This document shows, one piece after another, positions 61,884 through 64,000 of a stretch of 64,000 nt of DNA; the stretch's first letter is position 1; every line of letters starts with the position of its first letter. A model generated the notes under the pieces. The model saw only the letters and a program-made list of their open reading frames with translations. It had not been told where the DNA came from and did no database searches. The translations under genes and the position numbers were made by a program. Source of the DNA: an uncultured Gammaproteobacteria bacterium (lineage in GTDB: Bacteria; Pseudomonadota; Gammaproteobacteria; Chromatiales; Chromatiaceae); the NCBI GenBank assembly GCA_963808165.1, contig CAWEET010000023.1:144447-208446 (forward strand), in the 5' to 3' direction.

Positions 61884-62546
61884 TCAGTCGCCGGTGAATC
61901 CGGCGCGTATCAACAATGCGTGATCGACCTGCCCGGCACCGGCCTGCGCGGCCGCGTCACCGAGCAGCAGTCGCTCGAGATAGCGCGCGAGCAGATCGAC
62001 CTCGAGGTTAACTCGCCGGCCGGACACATAGCCTCCGATGATGGTCTCCTGCAGCGTGTGCGGCACGATGTTGAGATCGAAGCGGCGCCCGTTGACCGCA
62101 TTCACCGTGAGGCTGGTGCCGTCGACAGTGATTGATCCTTTGTGCGCTATGTAGCGGGCCAGTTCCGCTGGCGCCTCGATGGTAAAACGCACTGAACGGG
62201 CGTCGCCGTGCCGCTCGATGACGCTGCCCAGCCCGTCCACATGACCGCTGACCAGATGACCACCGAGCCTGCTGGCCAGTGTGAGCGCCTTTTCGAGATT
62301 GACCGGATCGCCGGTTTTGAGCGCCCCAAGCGTGGTAAGCGACAGGGTCTCGCGCGAGACATCCGCCAGAAAGCCGTCCCCGGGCAGTCCCACTGCCGTG
62401 AGGCAGACGCCATTGACCGCAATGCTGTCGCCCAGCTGGACGTCGCCGAGATCAAGCTTCCCGCTGCGGATACGCAGGCGGAAGTCACCGCTCCGCGGCT
62501 GCAGTTCGGCAATCTCGCCCATCGCTTCGATAATCCCGGTAAACAT
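61884..62546 (-). CDS. ribE: Riboflavin synthase alpha chain
   Basis: MFTGII, GDSIAVNGVCLT, GHLVSGHVD, NLEVD. Confidence 0.96.
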   Translation of the reverse strand: MFTGIIEAMGEIAELQPRSGDFRLRIRSGKLDLGDVQLGDSIAVNGVCLTAVGLPGDGFLADVSRETLSLTTLGALKTGDPVNLEKALTLASRLGGHLVSGHVDGLGSVIERHGDARSVRFTIEAPAELARYIAHKGSITVDGTSLTVNAVNGRRFDLNIVPHTLQETIIGGYVSGRRVNLEVDLLARYLERLLLGDAAAQAGAGQVDHALLIRAGFTGD

Positions 62547-62611
62547 CTGCGCACTCCTCACCTCGCCTCACGACCCGCATATTCTACCGTGCAGCAGCTC
62601 CTGGCGACTCC

Positions 62612-62771
62612 AGGGCATCTCTAATAATCCTGGGTGCGCAGATTGGGCGACATAACTCGGGACATCAAGGCGAAGACCGCACGTAATAGCTGGCTATTGC
62701 GAAGGTCTTCAACGCAGAGAGCGCGGATTATGCCGTTCAAGATGCCATCTATGGATTGTTAGAGGTGCCCT
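62612..62771. mobile_element. MITE, 160 bp
   Basis: 19-bp TIRs (17/19) AGGGCATCTCTAATAATCC / GGATTGTTAGAGGTGCCCT; internal AATAGC-TG-GCTATT hairpin. Confidence 0.75.
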
Positions 62772-62830
62772 CAAGTTCCGCCTGAGATCGCCGAACTCCT
62801 GCGACGCAAGCGTAGTTTCGGGTCAGCAAT

Positions 62831-64000
62831 ATGTTCAGTGTCGGAAAGCGAATCGGTCTTGGTTATCTGCTGATGTCCGTTTTGCTGGTCGGGATCGGTC
62901 TGGCGGGGCTGCTAGCCGCGGATCGGATGAGCACTGCGCTCAATCGCATCACCGGTCCGGTGAACGCCACCGTGCGTTCCGTCGACAAGGGCATCCGTGG
63001 CGTCCTGCTACAGATGATCGGTGTGGACATGGCCCTGACCGGCCAGCCTGACCCGGCGCAGGCACAGCTCGCCGCCGGCAGCGAGCTGGCCCGGATCTCG
63101 TTCGACGCCATCAGCGCCGCCGGCCTGGTGTCGGCCGATCAACTCGATGACATACGGCAGAAGATGCTCGATTTCGCCCAGGTGCGGCAATCGCTGCTCG
63201 GCCTGCACAGCGACTACGTCAGGCGCTATGGCGCGCTGCTGACCACCATCGAACAGACCAAGGACCTGCTGCTGGTGATCGAGGAGGAGGCCAGCCAGGC
63301 GTTGGTAAACCTTGAGTGGGACGCTGGCATGGCGGAAAACGAGTCGAGCAACGCCACCGAGACGGAGGAATGGGCCATCGTCACGGCGACCTCGGACGCC
63401 CGGCTGGCGCTGATGACGCGATTGTTCGATTACCGCCAGCTGCTGGACGACCCGGGCAACGGGGATCTCGTGCAGGCCGCCGAGATCAGCCTCGGAGACC
63501 TCGGCATCTACATGGCCCAGCTCGCCGAATCCGACTCCCTGCGCGGCAAGCCGGTCGGCAGGGGCCCATTCGCCAGGCTGACCTTCGATGTCGCGCTGAG
63601 TCAACTGGTGCCGGCGAATGCAGAGCAGTTCGATGCCGCACTGAACACGCATGTCGAGCTGCGTCGGACGCGCGAGCGCTACGGTGAAGTGGCTGATGCC
63701 CTGATGCAGGACGCCGGGAAAATCGAAGACACCAGCCGTGCGATCGAACTCGAACAGCTGCGCGGCGCCGGCCAGGCGCGAAGTTCCGCCATCTGGATGA
63801 TTATCGGCCTGATCCTCGTCGGCCTCGGCATGGCATTCGCCGCCTATGTGATGAGCATCCGCACCATTGCCACCCCGCTACGTCGCGTCGCCGACCGCAT
63901 GCACGAGATCGCACGCGGTGACGGCGACCTGACCGCACGCCTGGAGATCGGTGGCAAAGACGAGATCAGCGAGGTCAGCCGCTCGTTCAACGAATTCGTG
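62831..64000 (+). CDS. Methyl-accepting chemotaxis protein, N-terminal part (runs off window)
   Basis: MFSVGKRIGLGY TM1, helical periplasmic domain, TM2, HAMP PLRRVADRMHEIARGDGDLTARL..DEI..SFNEFV. Confidence 0.85.
   Translation, partial: MFSVGKRIGLGYLLMSVLLVGIGLAGLLAADRMSTALNRITGPVNATVRSVDKGIRGVLLQMIGVDMALTGQPDPAQAQLAAGSELARISFDAISAAGLVSADQLDDIRQKMLDFAQVRQSLLGLHSDYVRRYGALLTTIEQTKDLLLVIEEEASQALVNLEWDAGMAENESSNATETEEWAIVTATSDARLALMTRLFDYRQLLDDPGNGDLVQAAEISLGDLGIYMAQLAESDSLRGKPVGRGPFARLTFDVALSQLVPANAEQFDAALNTHVELRRTRERYGEVADALMQDAGKIEDTSRAIELEQLRGAGQARSSAIWMIIGLILVGLGMAFAAYVMSIRTIATPLRRVADRMHEIARGDGDLTARLEIGGKDEISEVSRSFNEFV

Overview
High-GC gammaproteobacterial chromosome segment. Gene content suggests a sulfur-oxidising Chromatiales/Sedimenticola-like organism (inference). 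Housekeeping genes (folE, sbcB, tsaB, yoaA, mrcB, parC, parE, xseB-ispA-folE2, thiL-nusB-ribH-ribB, ribE) are interspersed with many accessory genes. The most notable features are: a divergent sulfur oxygenase reductase with a complete catalytic residue set; an uncharacterised three-gene cassette (half-size periplasmic binding protein, outer-membrane beta-barrel, membrane GGDEF-EAL protein); a dihaem cytochrome c-DUF302 fusion coupled to a second DUF302 gene; an orphan PdsS-like kinase that has lost its phosphoacceptor His and ATP-binding boxes; a BON-OmpA/HhH-protein pair with 177-bp internal repeats; and several MITE/REP-like palindromic elements, one family of which supplies gene stop codons. 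No rRNA, tRNA, CRISPR array, transposase or prophage was seen. All calls come from reading motifs; no database searches were run.
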